A stretch of DNA of 61,740 bases, counting the filler, from Choristocarpus tenellus KU-1152 (lineage: Eukaryota; Protista; Phaeophyceae): NCBI GenBank assembly GCA_964200185.2. It is 13 parts of 13 records of this genome, joined end to end, with 100 filler letters (N's around TTAATTAATTAA, not from the genome) between each part and the next. Parts side by side here need not be neighbours in the genome. Positions count along the whole stretch, not along the records: positions 1 to 4,173 come from CAXNAD020015852.1; positions 4,274 to 6,794 come from CAXNAD020027110.1; positions 6,895 to 14,672 come from CAXNAD020005592.1; 10 more parts are not named here. One strand, written 5' to 3'. The position numbers and the translations under genes were made by a program. The notes below the pieces were generated by a model. That model was not told the DNA's origin. It saw only the letters and a program-made list of their open reading frames with translations, and ran no database searches. This document shows, piece after piece, positions 1-11,500 of the stretch (positions within the stretch are counted from its first letter, which is position 1; every line of letters begins with the position of its first letter).

Positions 1-1099
1 GTTTTCGCAAAACAACCATCCTCATAGTCCCGCTCCATCCTCAATTTTGCGAATCCACTGTTCCTGGGACTCGAAGAGTGAGCCTTAGCCAGCAGGTGGC
101 AACATCGCATAAACGGGAAATAATGGAAAGAGAATGGAGAGACAATTACGCCCATGTTTTCCATGCGAAGATGACCTCGGGTGTCAAAATCATCCTTGCG
201 CGACGCGTGGCACCCCCGCGCAAAATGTGCATGCGGACTACTTGATGTAAGTATGGTCCTGTATTTCTCACGATTAGTGTAAGTTGACTAACCGAGATCC
301 ATCAAATAAGGTTTAAGGATGGTGATGTGATTACAACCAACGAATTTTCATGGAAAAAATTGTTGTTGATCAAAAGTTATGGTACGACAAAGTTGATCCA
401 GGCGACTGCCAACATTGTGGTGTCATAATGCTTCGTCCACTTCCAATCTCCAACTGGAGACGTGGAAGTTTCAAGGGAAGTTTTTCCTTGAATTTTTGAA
501 ACCTCTCATGTTTTTGTTAAAAGATCAGTGAAGTGTTAAGAGTATAATATTGGAAGGGATGTAAGATTGATATGTCAAGATGGTTCTATTTTTAATTTTG
601 AAGAAACTATTGTACGTTATGTGTCATCGTATTTGTACATTTTGATGATGGGACAAAAGCATCTGGGGATGCTTATAATAAGCATCCCCTCAACTGTTTA
701 CCGACAGTTTGACAGATCACCTGTTCATCTCAACATATAGAAATATGAAATAGTTCAATAGTTCTATTCTTAGTGAAGGTTACGGAAAAAACATAAGACC
801 ATTTCTACGTAAGGTGTTTCTTGCTTGACAGAGGCGAACTGGCACAGCAAGCACGTCAATGGTTCACAGTGGTCTAAGTCCAACATCCATCACTGCACCT
901 CTTCCTCCCTGCTCATTTCTGGAGATGATTCCATTATCCCTAGTAGGCGTCAATTTGACTTCATCCGATCACTGTTACGTCCAGATGACCACTGGCAAAG
1001 CAACACATCGAACTCAGCTGCAAGAGCGATTGCCCATCAACACTCGGACCCCCGGACCTCTGATAGCTGCCACGCCCAGTGCCATGAGTCGAGCCTTAG

Positions 1100-2800
1100 A
1101 GGGTCACAATGGGAATGACGCTGAAAGGAAGTAGATGGAAGAAATTTGGACTTGGGTTTGGTGTAGGTTCAGGTTGGAGCAGTGAGGGGCGAACTGTCGG
1201 TAAAACGGGCTGGGGATGCTTTTAAGAAACATAAACAAAACATGATTTTTCATTCAGATGCATCCAACTCTTTTTGGCAGTACCTGTACTACTTATCTCA
1301 CCACCATCTTGTTTGAGGGAACGAGGAAGTGAGGAAAGAAGGCAGGTGCGAAGGGCTTTGTTTCGGTTCGGTGAGACAATGGATCTTCCCCTAACATCCT
1401 CAGACCACCTGATGGAGAGGGACCAAGAGCAAGGTGAGTGAGGGAAAGGTGTCAACAGGCGAAGAGGGCAATAACCATTGTGTCAACACCTACTACCATT
1501 CTCTCTCAAACGACATGAGGTTGAGCTGCCAAACAATGGTGACTTTCCCGTTATCGATACAGGTTTTGAGTCATCCGTCCCAAGAGGAGAAGAGAGGGCC
1601 GACATTTCAGGAGAACCTGGGTACAACAACAATGGGCATTCCCCAAACCCACAATCTGGCGAATCGTTGACGAAGAACGGCATGTTGTCTATGCAAGACT
1701 TTCAGGTGATACTTGTGGGTCGTCGTGAGATGCAGTTGAAAGCCCCCCCCCACAAAGACAGATCATGGTGGTTCTTATTCCTCCTCTCGAATAGCCAATT
1801 GCTTGAAAGTGTCGTTAGTGCTTTGAACTCAAGGGCTTCAGGTTAGGAGGATGCTACATTGGCAGTGCGAACGATGGTTATAGTATGCATGCTGCTGTAA
1901 CACTCTGCGGTGCCCCCCCCTCGTGTCGGAGTCATCTTGTTGATACAGCTGCTGAGGGGGTCACAAAACAATCACACCCAGCCTTGAGAATTCCTTGGTA
2001 CCCCCATATCGATCATGTTGCAAGCTTTGTGAGGTTTCAGAAATGTGTGTGTCCTCTTTCAAAATTGGGTGCTACACGAGTAGGGTGTGGGGACAGCTAT
2101 CTTCGATCCCTTGGGACAGGTGATTCTTGGTAACGATTGAGGAATCGAAACAACCTTTGAATGGAAGCTTCCTTACATACCATGACCTCATCCCAACCCC
2201 CTGAAACAAATAAGGCGAAGTGTGGGAGTGCGCTATAGCTTGACTCCTTCAATGGTTAAGGCCGTGCCATGCACAACTTCTTCGAGCTTCGATTATAAGA
2301 TTACAGGAGCGATTATAGAAGCGAACAGATGTACACACCTCACTCCGACTTTTCTGAGAGCTGTGATGAGGTCCAAGTTGTGCAAGGAAGCTATATTCCA
2401 AGTCTAGGGTTGATTGACTCAGATATTATCGACAACTGACCGTCCTAAGGGTTGAGGATAGTCAATCCCCCACTCTGACTGTGCAGCATTCGGTTTCGAA
2501 AGAGACTGAAAAGCTACTCACACCGTTCCCGACCTTGCCATGATTGTGATCAGATGGGCATGGTGATAGTATGTCATTGCCAAGCCCGAGGGTGATTTGT
2601 TGGACCTTAGTCGAGAACTTCCCCAAAACAAACAGGAGGGGACTCCTTGAACCATTGGGCGACCAGAAGAATTTGATCTCTGTTGTGAGAATGCTTGCAT
2701 GGGATCAGTTAAATAGACAGATTCGCTTCAGCCAAGAATTGACACAAGAAATAAGAAGCCTGTGGTGATATAGAACAAGAGAAGTTAGACACATCTCCAT
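1100..2800 (-). pseudogene. Decayed, stop- and frameshift-riddled coding-like region of unknown (probably mobile or viral) origin
   Basis: The minus strand gives protein-like stretches broken by isolated stops, e.g. HKYHLKVLHRQHAVLRQRFARLWVWGMPIVVVPRFS*NVGPLFSSWDG*LKTCIDNGKVTIVWQLNLMSFEREW. No family recognised; limits approximate. Confidence 0.3.
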
Positions 2801-3376
2801 TGAGATATTTGATCCTGCAATGGCCTGGTCTCTTCCTATTGTTTCAATGATGATAACCTTTTTTATTTTAATAAAACATTTTTTTGCAGTAGTTTTTCAG
2901 TATTTACGTTGAATCATGGTTGGGAAATGTCAATATCTTGACATGGAGACAATTTGATGCACCTGCTGTATTATCGTCGTGATTACTTCTAATACAAGAG
3001 GATATGGAATGAAAACTGATCCTCCCGTCTTTCATGCTCAATATTCTCCACCGCTGTTTTCAACTCTGCCCTGGCTCTCCTTCTCCCCCGCGTCCTTCCC
3101 CTGCATTCATTTTTCCATGTCTCACATTGGAATCTTACGCCTTTGTTAAAGATAGTACATTGAACAATCCAAGTCATCTGTCTTTTCCTTGTCACAACCT
3201 CTTTCCCCATATCAGCAACCAGTATCGCCAAGCGCTGGGGTCATAATATTTCAAACCGCCGGTTGTGTCCTCTCCTCATTCCCAAGCATAATTTATGCCC
3301 CGTGCCCTCCCACCTCCCACTTCATAGATCTCTTGCACTCTTCAATGTGTCCTCCGCCTCGACCTCTGTTGTCCAG

Positions 3377-3493
3377 CACAAGAATGGATTGTTGGTGCTA
3401 GCTATAGTGACCACCGTTATATATGTGACGGGTGGATTGATTTTGCTCATGGTCGGGTTAGGTTGGAGCTTCACAAACTCCGTCTATTTCCTG
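3377..3493 (+). CDS. Internal exon of a two-pore-domain/TPK-like potassium channel (TM helix and start of pore helix)
   Basis: ttgtccag|CAC ... CTG|gtgaga, 117 bp, phase 0-0. Encodes HKNGLLVLAIVTTVIYVTGGLILLMVGLGWSFTNSVYFL; GWSFxxSVYF precedes the TTVGYG filter in K2P/TPK channels. Confidence 0.7.
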
Positions 3494-3515
3494 GTGAGAG
3501 GAATTTGGCGAAGGG

Positions 3516-3520
<5 letters not shown>

Positions 3521-3557
<37 letters not shown>
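3521..3557. repeat. (GT)n microsatellite (others at about 4823-4848 and (CA)n at about 60491-60522)
   Basis: Directly visible dinucleotide runs. Confidence 0.95.
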
Positions 3558-3558
<1 letters not shown>

Positions 3559-4173
3559 CATTTATGTGCCAAGGAAGGGAATCTAGATTTTTGGCAGTAT
3601 ATCAACCAGGAAAAGGCAAACTATTGGTCGGTACACACTTCATTGTTGCAACGTATTTGTATGCCTGCCTGTTATTGCTGCTGATGATCTCTACTAACAT
3701 ACCATAGTATTAATTCCATGACAATCAATCTCGCTCTGTAAGGCTGCCGTGGCTTTGTGCTTCAACTCAAGTCCGTTGTCTTTGGTGAGGGGTTCTGAAT
3801 TTCTAGACGCTCGTGTGCTGATAACCTGTCGCCCCTTTCTCCGAGATTTTTTTTTGGTTCTTATTTGCTGACTACTACTCTTGTATTGTACCACAGGCGT
3901 GTGTGTTCGGAGAGGTGAACTTGAAACTTGACCTTTGTTACGCTCACACAATTTCAAAAAAGCCTTCTTTTTTTCATTATACAACACACTAGTGGAGTAG
4001 TGCATTCAATCCTACACATAAACGTGCACTGATCTCTCCTCCATCCTATGCTCCTCGCTCCCTAAAGACAGACATCCACGCACACAGGTAGGACCCCCCC
4101 CCCCACCGCCCTCCCACACCCCCCAAACCACTCCCACTACGCACCGCGAGCAGCCTCGCCGCGCGACACGATC

Positions 4174-4273
4174 NNNNNNNNNNNNNNNNNNNNNNNNNNN
4201 NNNNNNNNNNNNNNNNNTTAATTAATTAANNNNNNNNNNNNNNNNNNNNNNNNNNNNNNNNNNNNNNNNNNNN
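4174..4273. other. Artificial contig-joining linker (first of 12). Others: 6795-6894, 14673-14772, 20218-20317, 28689-28788, 35332-35431, 39999-40098, 43574-43673, 46647-46746, 49772-49871, 52841-52940, 57274-57373
   Basis: Identical 100-bp blocks of 44 N + TTAATTAATTAA (stops in all six frames) + 44 N. Confidence 0.99.
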
Positions 4274-5355
4274 CCCCAAACCCCCCCCCTTGAACTGTGT
4301 CTGCGCGTTTTTTGTGTTTGTGTTTGTTAGGGGGGAGTGTACATGAAAGAATGAAAACGTCTATAGTGATCGATAAATATACATTGATAGGATATGATAT
4401 GCCTGTGTTTGCATGTGTGATTACCTCTCTTGATCTCAATCCAAAAATAGCTCTCACAACACCCTCATTGTGCTGTACCTACCTACCTTTGTTGCAGCAT
4501 CAGTATAATAAAAAATAATAATAGTAGAAATGTTGGTAAAAAAAAATGTTATTATTGTAGTAATGATAACGGTAAGAGGAATGGCGATAAGAACACTTAT
4601 CATGGTAACAGTAGTAATAGTAATAGTGGTGATAGTAATGGTGGTTGGGCAGAGGGGAGGTTTGTAGGGTGAAAGAAAATCCGATCGGCTGAGTGTGGCG
4701 TCAAGGTTGCTCCATTGGTGTATTTGTTCCTCTTTGTGAGACATGTGTGTGACTCACCTCTACGTCAAACTGGCATCGGACTTGCAAGCCATTGCTATTG
4801 AATAGTAGCTGTAGCGTGAGTCGTGTGTGTGTGTGTGTGTGTGTGTGTTTGAGCATGTGTTGTCAATGAGGTACATGCACCTTTTTCAGTGTGTTACGGT
4901 ATGGTTGGTGTGTTTAGTTCTAGTAATGTACAACAAGTTTTTTTCTTGACCAATGAGGTGTGGTGGTGTGTCGGGAGACTAACTGAATATATCATCAACT
5001 CCTTTTTGTATTTAAAAAAAAAAAATGCCGACGACGGTGTTGTCGGTATGGTGCATGCATGCATGTAGTAACCCTGCTGCAAAAATAGCGAAATCTATTT
5101 TATTTTTACTTTTCTTCCAGTTTCCTGTACACATGCACGTGTACGTATGAATTGATTTCGCTCGTGATACATACATATATATAGAGAGAGAGAGATTCGT
5201 TTAAAAAAAATAAATATATATATATATATATATTTATTTATTTTTTATATGTAATTTTTTTTTTGTCAAATAAGAATCGGAGTTGCTAACACTCTCGATT
5301 GGCGGTGATGTTGTGCTTTGTGCTTTGTGCTTTGTGGTTACCTGCATACAAGCAG

Positions 5356-5473
5356 CGTGTTGGAGAATCTACCTAGAGACTCTTCTCCTCAGCTGGAGAT
5401 GCTGGTGAGGGCAAGCCACCCGCAGCGATCATTAGAAGAGATTGCGGATGAATTAGAGATGGCCCTCCCTCAG
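5356..5473 (+). CDS. NPRL3: Internal exon of GATOR1 subunit NPRL3-like gene
   Basis: aagcag|C GTG ... CAG|gtgtgt. Encodes VLENLPRDSSPQLEMLVRASHPQRSLEEIADELEMALPQ, resembling the NPRL3 segment (LPxDxSPxLxxLxxxxxPxxxLxxLAxxxxxxLxQ) that precedes VFxLAAHLVYWGKA. Confidence 0.72.
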
Positions 5474-5484
5474 GTGTGTGTAGT

Positions 5485-5557
5485 TGTCTGTGTCTGTGTC
5501 TGTGTCTGTGACTGTGACTGTGACTGTGACTGTGACTGTGACTGTGACTGTGACTGT
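5485..5557. repeat. Compound hexamer microsatellite (GTGTCT)n changing to (GTGACT)n
   Basis: Directly visible in the intron after the NPRL3 exon. Confidence 0.9.
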
Positions 5558-5840
5558 GGTTTGTGTCCTTGGGTCTCTTTGTGTGTGTGTCAGCGAGGAG
5601 TTTCAAGGAGTTGTTAGGGAAGGGGATGGCGTTAGGTGGCTGTGTATCACTTTTTGGTTTTCATGTACTTCTGCAAGCGCGGGTGTGTATTTTTTATTGT
5701 GTGTGTGAGTGTGTGTGTGTTTTTGTTTTTGTTTTTTTTAATGTGTTTTTTTTGTGTTCGAGTGGCTCTGTAGCCCGGAGGGGGGTTGGTGGTCGTGTTT
5801 GGATTTCATCTCTTGGACCCCACTTTTGTCACCTTCAGGC

Positions 5841-6036
5841 TTTAAACCTTGAAGTACCTTATTTGACCCTTAAATATTGAAATACCTTATATGACCTTTA
5901 AACATTGAAGTACCTTATTTGACCCTTAAATATTGAAATACCTAATATGACCTTTAAACATTGAAGTACCTTATTTGACCCTTAAATATTGAAATACCTT
6001 ATATGACCTTTAAACATTGAAGTATCTTATTTGACC
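5841..6036. repeat. Minisatellite, 7 x 28 bp in alternating A-B-A-B-A-B-A order (56-bp higher-order unit)
   Basis: A = tttaaacattgaagtaccttatttgacc, B = cttaaatattgaaataccttatatgacc; units start at 5841, 5869, 5897, 5925, 5953, 5981, 6009. Confidence 0.95.
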
Positions 6037-6186
6037 TGCACTTCACGCTGGGACTAGAAAGCTAGCTTCACCTTACCTGGCCCCAACCCATGCTCATTAG
6101 CTTCACCTTAAGAGCTGCTATTAATGCACGCTGCACTACCTCTCATTAACTATGAAGTAAATGTTGCTATGAGTCAAGGTACACAA

Positions 6187-6409
6187 GAGGGTACCCAGGG
6201 TTGAATTTTAAAAGGATGATCGCAAAAGTGTGAAAAAAAATATATATATTTTTTTAATGTGTAGGAGGTTTGTATTTTTAACCATTTTGTCAGGAAATTT
6301 TCAAACAGTAGAGAAACTAAACGCTATATAAATATGAATGAATTGTAGGAAATAGGAAACAAAAAACTGCCTTAAAATTGTAAAAAACGGTCAAAAACTG
6401 GGTACGTCC
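6187..6409. mobile_element. MITE family D (~230 bp, short TIR GGTACCCAG...CTGGGTAC), diverged copy
   Basis: Starts gagggtacccagggttgaattttaaaaggat and ends aaaacggtcaaaaactgggtacgtc; homologous ends at 36674-36902 and 58150-58383. Confidence 0.65.
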
Positions 6410-6906
6410 CATATAATTTGGATCACTATTATTATCAATAATTGCGCTTCATCTTTTTTGCATCTTTCTTCTCACACGTTGGGCTCTGACATTTCCTTTG
6501 AAAGCTGTTTTTCGCCTTGCAGGGCCTCAATGAAGCCTTGCCACACACACCACAGAGTTAAGTTTGTTTGTTTTTTTTACTTTTGGTTTGGGGAGGGGGG
6601 AGGAGATTGTGCTCACCTTGTGGCCCACGGAAAGAAATTTTTGCTGATGTCAAAATCTGACCTTCTGATCTCGACCGGGGTTTTTGAACTGTTGGATTCC
6701 TTCAGCAGAATCTTGTAGGCTATCACTGACTTCCAAGGACTCTAGAGTGTGTATGTGTTTGTTGGGGGGGGGGGGGGTAGGGGGGGGGGGAGGGNNNNNN
6801 NNNNNNNNNNNNNNNNNNNNNNNNNNNNNNNNNNNNNNTTAATTAATTAANNNNNNNNNNNNNNNNNNNNNNNNNNNNNNNNNNNNNNNNNNNNGGTGTA
6901 GCTGCA

Positions 6907-7165
6907 GAGTTAAAGTACCTTAGAGGGTATGAGTTTTGCCCTGTTTGTCCATTTGGTGCTTGGCTTCCCATGAGTTTTTTTTATGAAATCTTCCTACTCC
7001 AAAATGTTTCGGAGTAGATAAAATGTATACATTATGAAAAGGTGTGTCCGGAACAAGGATATTGACACTTCCTAACAAAAACGATAGTCAAAATTACATC
7101 CAAATCACAACATTGGATTTTGACCCCAAATGGACGCGACCCTACCCTCTAAGATACTTTGGCTC
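6907..7165 (+). mobile_element. MITE family A (~259 bp), full copy
   Basis: TIRs GAGT(T)AAAGTA(C)CTTAGAGGGTA ... TACCCTCTAAGATACTTTGGCTC; flanked by TGCA/TGCA. Confidence 0.92.
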
Positions 7166-7500
7166 TGCAGGCGAAGATCAACTGTGATCACACGGGTAGC
7201 TGAAAGCACCCTCCACAGTGTTAAAGTCACATAGGGATCCTTGCATCTCGATGACAACTTCACTCCTAGATGGCATCAATCGTACTCATTTAGGATCGAA
7301 ACATGCGCACATTACACATATCGAAATACTCCCAAGCACCAAGCACTGGAATAAAATTATAGCAGAGTGCATGAGAAAATTGGATTTTTTTTATGTTATT
7401 GATTTCAATATTGATCGTATTCTGATTTATTGAACCAATGCAACTCAATTCACCGCGAGACTACCCCTTTCTCTTCTCCTCTTCTATTCTCTCTCAATCG

Positions 7501-7682
7501 GACCCAAAGTATCTGGGAGGGGGGGGGGGGGGTCTACACCAGAGTGTCCATTTGGTCTCAAACCAGGAAAAGTGCACTTTCATTATCCACCCAACGTATG
7601 CAACCAAATCACCCAAAAAACGTGACATGAAAAACTTGGTCCCAAATGGACAGCCGCCACCCCCCTCCAGATACTTCGAGCC
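7501..7682 (+). mobile_element. MITE family B (~180 bp), full copy
   Basis: GACCCAAAGTATCTGGG(poly-G) ... (poly-C)TCCAGATACTTCGAGCC; 3-bp TSD TCG. Confidence 0.9.
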
Positions 7683-8184
7683 TCGCAAGGACAAGAGAGG
7701 TTAATTAACGTAGATGACAAAGGAGGGGGGTAGCTACCTATTACAGCTATCCCTCTTCACGAATTACCCAAACACTCTACCCATGTATCTCTTCAGCTGT
7801 AGAATGGAAGAAAAGGTGAGGAAAATGAGAACAGCAATGCTACACCTTGCACAGTTTGGTTTGGTTAACTCTGAAGCTAAGAACTGAACTACCTGCAATC
7901 TAGAGCATTTTCTATTGGGCAAAAACAAATAAGGAGTGTGATCCGTGTTTATGAATAGGGTAAGGTCTTAGGTGTGCAGCATGGTAAGACCACACAAAAA
8001 AAAGGTTGATGGTATATCCCAAAGTAGTTAGGCTGATATAGTTATCAAGATGTCTTACACGTTTTAACCTGGAGATACCAGGGAGATAGGCAAGGAGGGG
8101 CCTGTCAGATTCTTGGGATGTTTCCCTAGCTCCTCGGCCAGAGGTGTAGGGCTAAACTAGGTTGGAGGCATAGGAGGGGAATGG

Positions 8185-8340
8185 TGTACCATAGCTGGTA
8201 GTAAAATAGTACATAGATGATAGCAAAAAGTCTTTCACATTTACGACAACTGTTACTTTTTCAGGGGTTGTTCAGATATTTAATTGACTTGTGATTGGTT
8301 TTTCCCCAGATACATCAGTAAAATGTCAGAGGGCATAATA
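8185..8340 (-). repeat. Dispersed repeat family C (~160 bp, terminus TATTATGCCCTCTGACATTTT)
   Basis: Homologous to 35977-36139 (+) and 36921-37093 (-); fragments at about 37255-37285 and 53735-53765. Confidence 0.8.
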
Positions 8341-8581
8341 ATATAATATAATAATATAGGTATATATCATAGTGCCATACTACTTTGCCCACTAAGCAAT
8401 TACATAGTGCACAGAAATCGGAAATTTTCCAGACTAGTCCACGGCCCACACAAAGTACACTCCCTTATCTTAAATGCTGAATGTGATGCATGCGATCATT
8501 GAAGAGAAACAGAGAACAACACAATCGGGTCACCACAGAGTGGGGAACCTCAACGAACGCATCACGACTCGAACCACAAAC

Positions 8582-11500
8582 CTCCACAATAGTTGCCCAG
8601 CCTTCCATTGCAGCTATATGAAGGGGTGAGCGGCCGCTGATTCCTCTTGCTCCAACATCCGCACCAGCCTCTATCAAAAGTCCAGTGGTCTTGCGGAAGC
8701 CTTTCTTGCAGGATATATGAAGTGGCCTTGTCAGTCTATCCTGAAGTGTGGCTTCCACATTGCAACTGTTGCATTCGCGCACATAGTGAGCATTATTACA
8801 TGTGAACACTGCATTTGAGAACCACAAGAAGGCGTTGCGGTTTTGATATACTCCCGATTCCTCCAGGCTCAGGACCTCCCAATAGAAGTAGTATATTTTT
8901 CCTTTCTTGTGATCTCGAGACTATCTAGTTCACCTCTCTTTTCTTTATCTCAGTTTTCACACCTCATGGAACACTTCAGCTGACACGAATGTGAGATATT
9001 GCCCTCATTTCATTCCATTGATGTTGCTTTGTGTGTTAGAACGCAATACTAGGCATAACTGTTGGGCAAAGCACACTGCTAGAAGCATGCGGACAAAACA
9101 CACAACCTTAGATTGCTGTCGACAGAAAACACGCTGGAGCTCTTTGTAACATGCAAAATATCCACTGTTCATCATTCTCATGCACCACAAAAACAAAGCC
9201 AAGCATCAGCCGTGTTCTGTCCAAATACTCCTGGCCTACCGATGGCCCAGGAGATTCGAAATGGAATCCCACTTGTTGTTCTCCACTGACAGGTGTAGAG
9301 GTCGATAGCCATTCTGGTCTGGTGCCTCACCATCCGCCCCACATTGCATGAGGAATCTCACTATATTCCCCCAATTTCCGAGGCACGCTAGATGCAAGGG
9401 ATGGCGCAAGTCCTTGGCTTGTGCAGAGGGGTCTGCACAACCCCGTTCAATGAGCAGCCTGCAAAGGTGGAGGAAACGAGCAAGATGTAACCACAGCCTT
9501 CAGGATGACTTGGTAGGAAAAGGAGGCTGACTGCCAACAAAGTGGAGTTCATCTATTTTACCCTTGGCAGAAGATCTCGAGGATACTGGTGACACAGATC
9601 ACCTTGAATGATTGTAGGCTACTATTGCTGACTTTTGCTCCTTATCTATCACGGGGTGTACGCAGTATTTGCTTGGTTGGTGGTGGAAGAGGGTGGAAGC
9701 TGATCCATCACACCTGACCACATCAAAGCGTCCTCGTTCACATGCTCGATGTAAGGGTGTATGGAGGCGTTTCTCCCTTGCATCGACTGTAGCACCCAAT
9801 CCGAGCAACACCTCCACTGTTTCCAAGCTTGCCTGTACGGTATGAGAATATGAAGCAGAACATAAAGGATGACAGTCAAAACCATGTTGATGACACAATA
9901 TGCAACGGAGGTTCATGTGAGGAGGGAAGCATGATACACATTTCTTCTCCTGTTGCAGCAGGTCCTCTTCCAAGGTCTCATTTCCTGAAACCTTAAACTT
10001 GAAATTGCGTTGGTTAGGACTAGTGTTAGGGTTGGGCTTAGGGTTGTGGTTAAGGTCAAGGTAATTTTCTCCCTTCGATTGCTTCTGCATCACCCTCTCT
10101 TAGGGTGAGGGTTAGGGCTACCATATACTCTGGAGTACTGTATGTTCTTTCATGTATACTGCTGCCTCTCTTATTGGGTTGCTGGAGCACTTACCTCTTC
10201 ACAGGCTCGGTGCAGGAGAGTGCGCTGACCAGAGTCTCGGACATCTATTGAGCACCCTAATCTCAGCAGAAGCTTCACGGACTGAATGTTGTTGTGACAT
10301 ACCTGCTTGTGCACCTTCCTTTTCAAAGCCCCCAAAGCTTGCAAGATAATACATACATGTTGAGAAATATTTCAAAGGAGGAAATCCTCAGTCTGTATTG
10401 AGATCATGGCAGTACAGATGCGCAAAAGAAAGTAGTGTTCCAGAGCCATGCAAGGATTAGGAAGAGGGGGAACATGTATGGAGGGTCTGTGAATCATCAA
10501 GAGGATCGCCTATAAGTCACATTCTATCGATCACTCAATGTATTTCGCAAGATTCAGTCAGCTATCTTCTTCAACAAACTATCACTGAGGCAACACAATT
10601 AAACGATCCTCCTTGGATTGGAGACCAAGCAGTAAGGAGGAAGAGCCATATCATCCTATAGGGCGGTCATGGTAGACCCTTTTTAAGAACAAGGGGCTAG
10701 AAAAATCTTCTGCCTGACACCCCCATTCCTGAGTCCCTAAATGCAGCAAATCCCTGTAAGGATCTACACTATGTTTGTAGAAGAGGGCACAAACTTTGTC
10801 CAATCAAGTGCAAGATTGCCCTCAAGAATGCTAGGACCAGTGTACCAGAGGGCAGTCACAGAGGTCCCTTATACTCCACAACACTCTCCCTCCAGGATAC
10901 TGTGGCTCGAGGTAAAAAAACACAAAAGGTACCTGGGGGGGGGGGGGTGGCGGCTTTCCATTCAGGGCCCATTTTTCAATATCGCACTCGATATTTAGGT
11001 GAATTTGGTTGCATTTGTTGGATGGATAATGTAAGTGCAGTTCTCCTGGTCAGTAGCCGAATGCACACCCTGGTGTAGACACCCACCCCCCCTCCCGAGA
11101 TACTTTGAGTCAAAACCCCCCTTGCAACATGCACACGGAACGATGCTGTTTTGGCTTCTTCAGTATTTGCAAATCAATCCACGTTAAGTTATGTGTGTTG
11201 TAGCTAGAATATGATAGTCCAGATGCTTGTTCGTATACAGTGACACTAAATTCACCATTTGCTATCTGTTGTGGTATAGTTGGGTGAACACAGCTTTGAT
11301 GTTTTACTTCGAAGGTTGAAACTTTCTTCTTCAACTCTGGAGTACATCATTTTCATCAATCCATGGCAGGTGGATACATTATACATCCTTTTCATCAATC
11401 CATGGCAGGCGGATACGTTATCACACAGCTCCACCATATACCTGGAATTGTGTGTATAAGTGCTACTTGCTGCACTTACGGACTCTGAAGGGTTGTACTT

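Noticed and set aside
4174-4273. Recurrent TTAATTAATTAA palindrome between N runs
   Set aside because: Artificial six-frame-stop linker; ORFs running into it are artefacts.
5318-5708. Low-complexity ORFs (CVCV, CDCD, HSHS, VTVT)
   Set aside because: Translations of microsatellites; only 5356-5473 is supported as an exon.
5841-6036. 28-bp repeats as a CRISPR array
   Set aside because: Units are contiguous with no unique spacers, no cas genes are present, and the context is eukaryotic.
11345-11422. 39-bp tandem duplication
   Set aside because: Ordinary two-copy intronic duplication.
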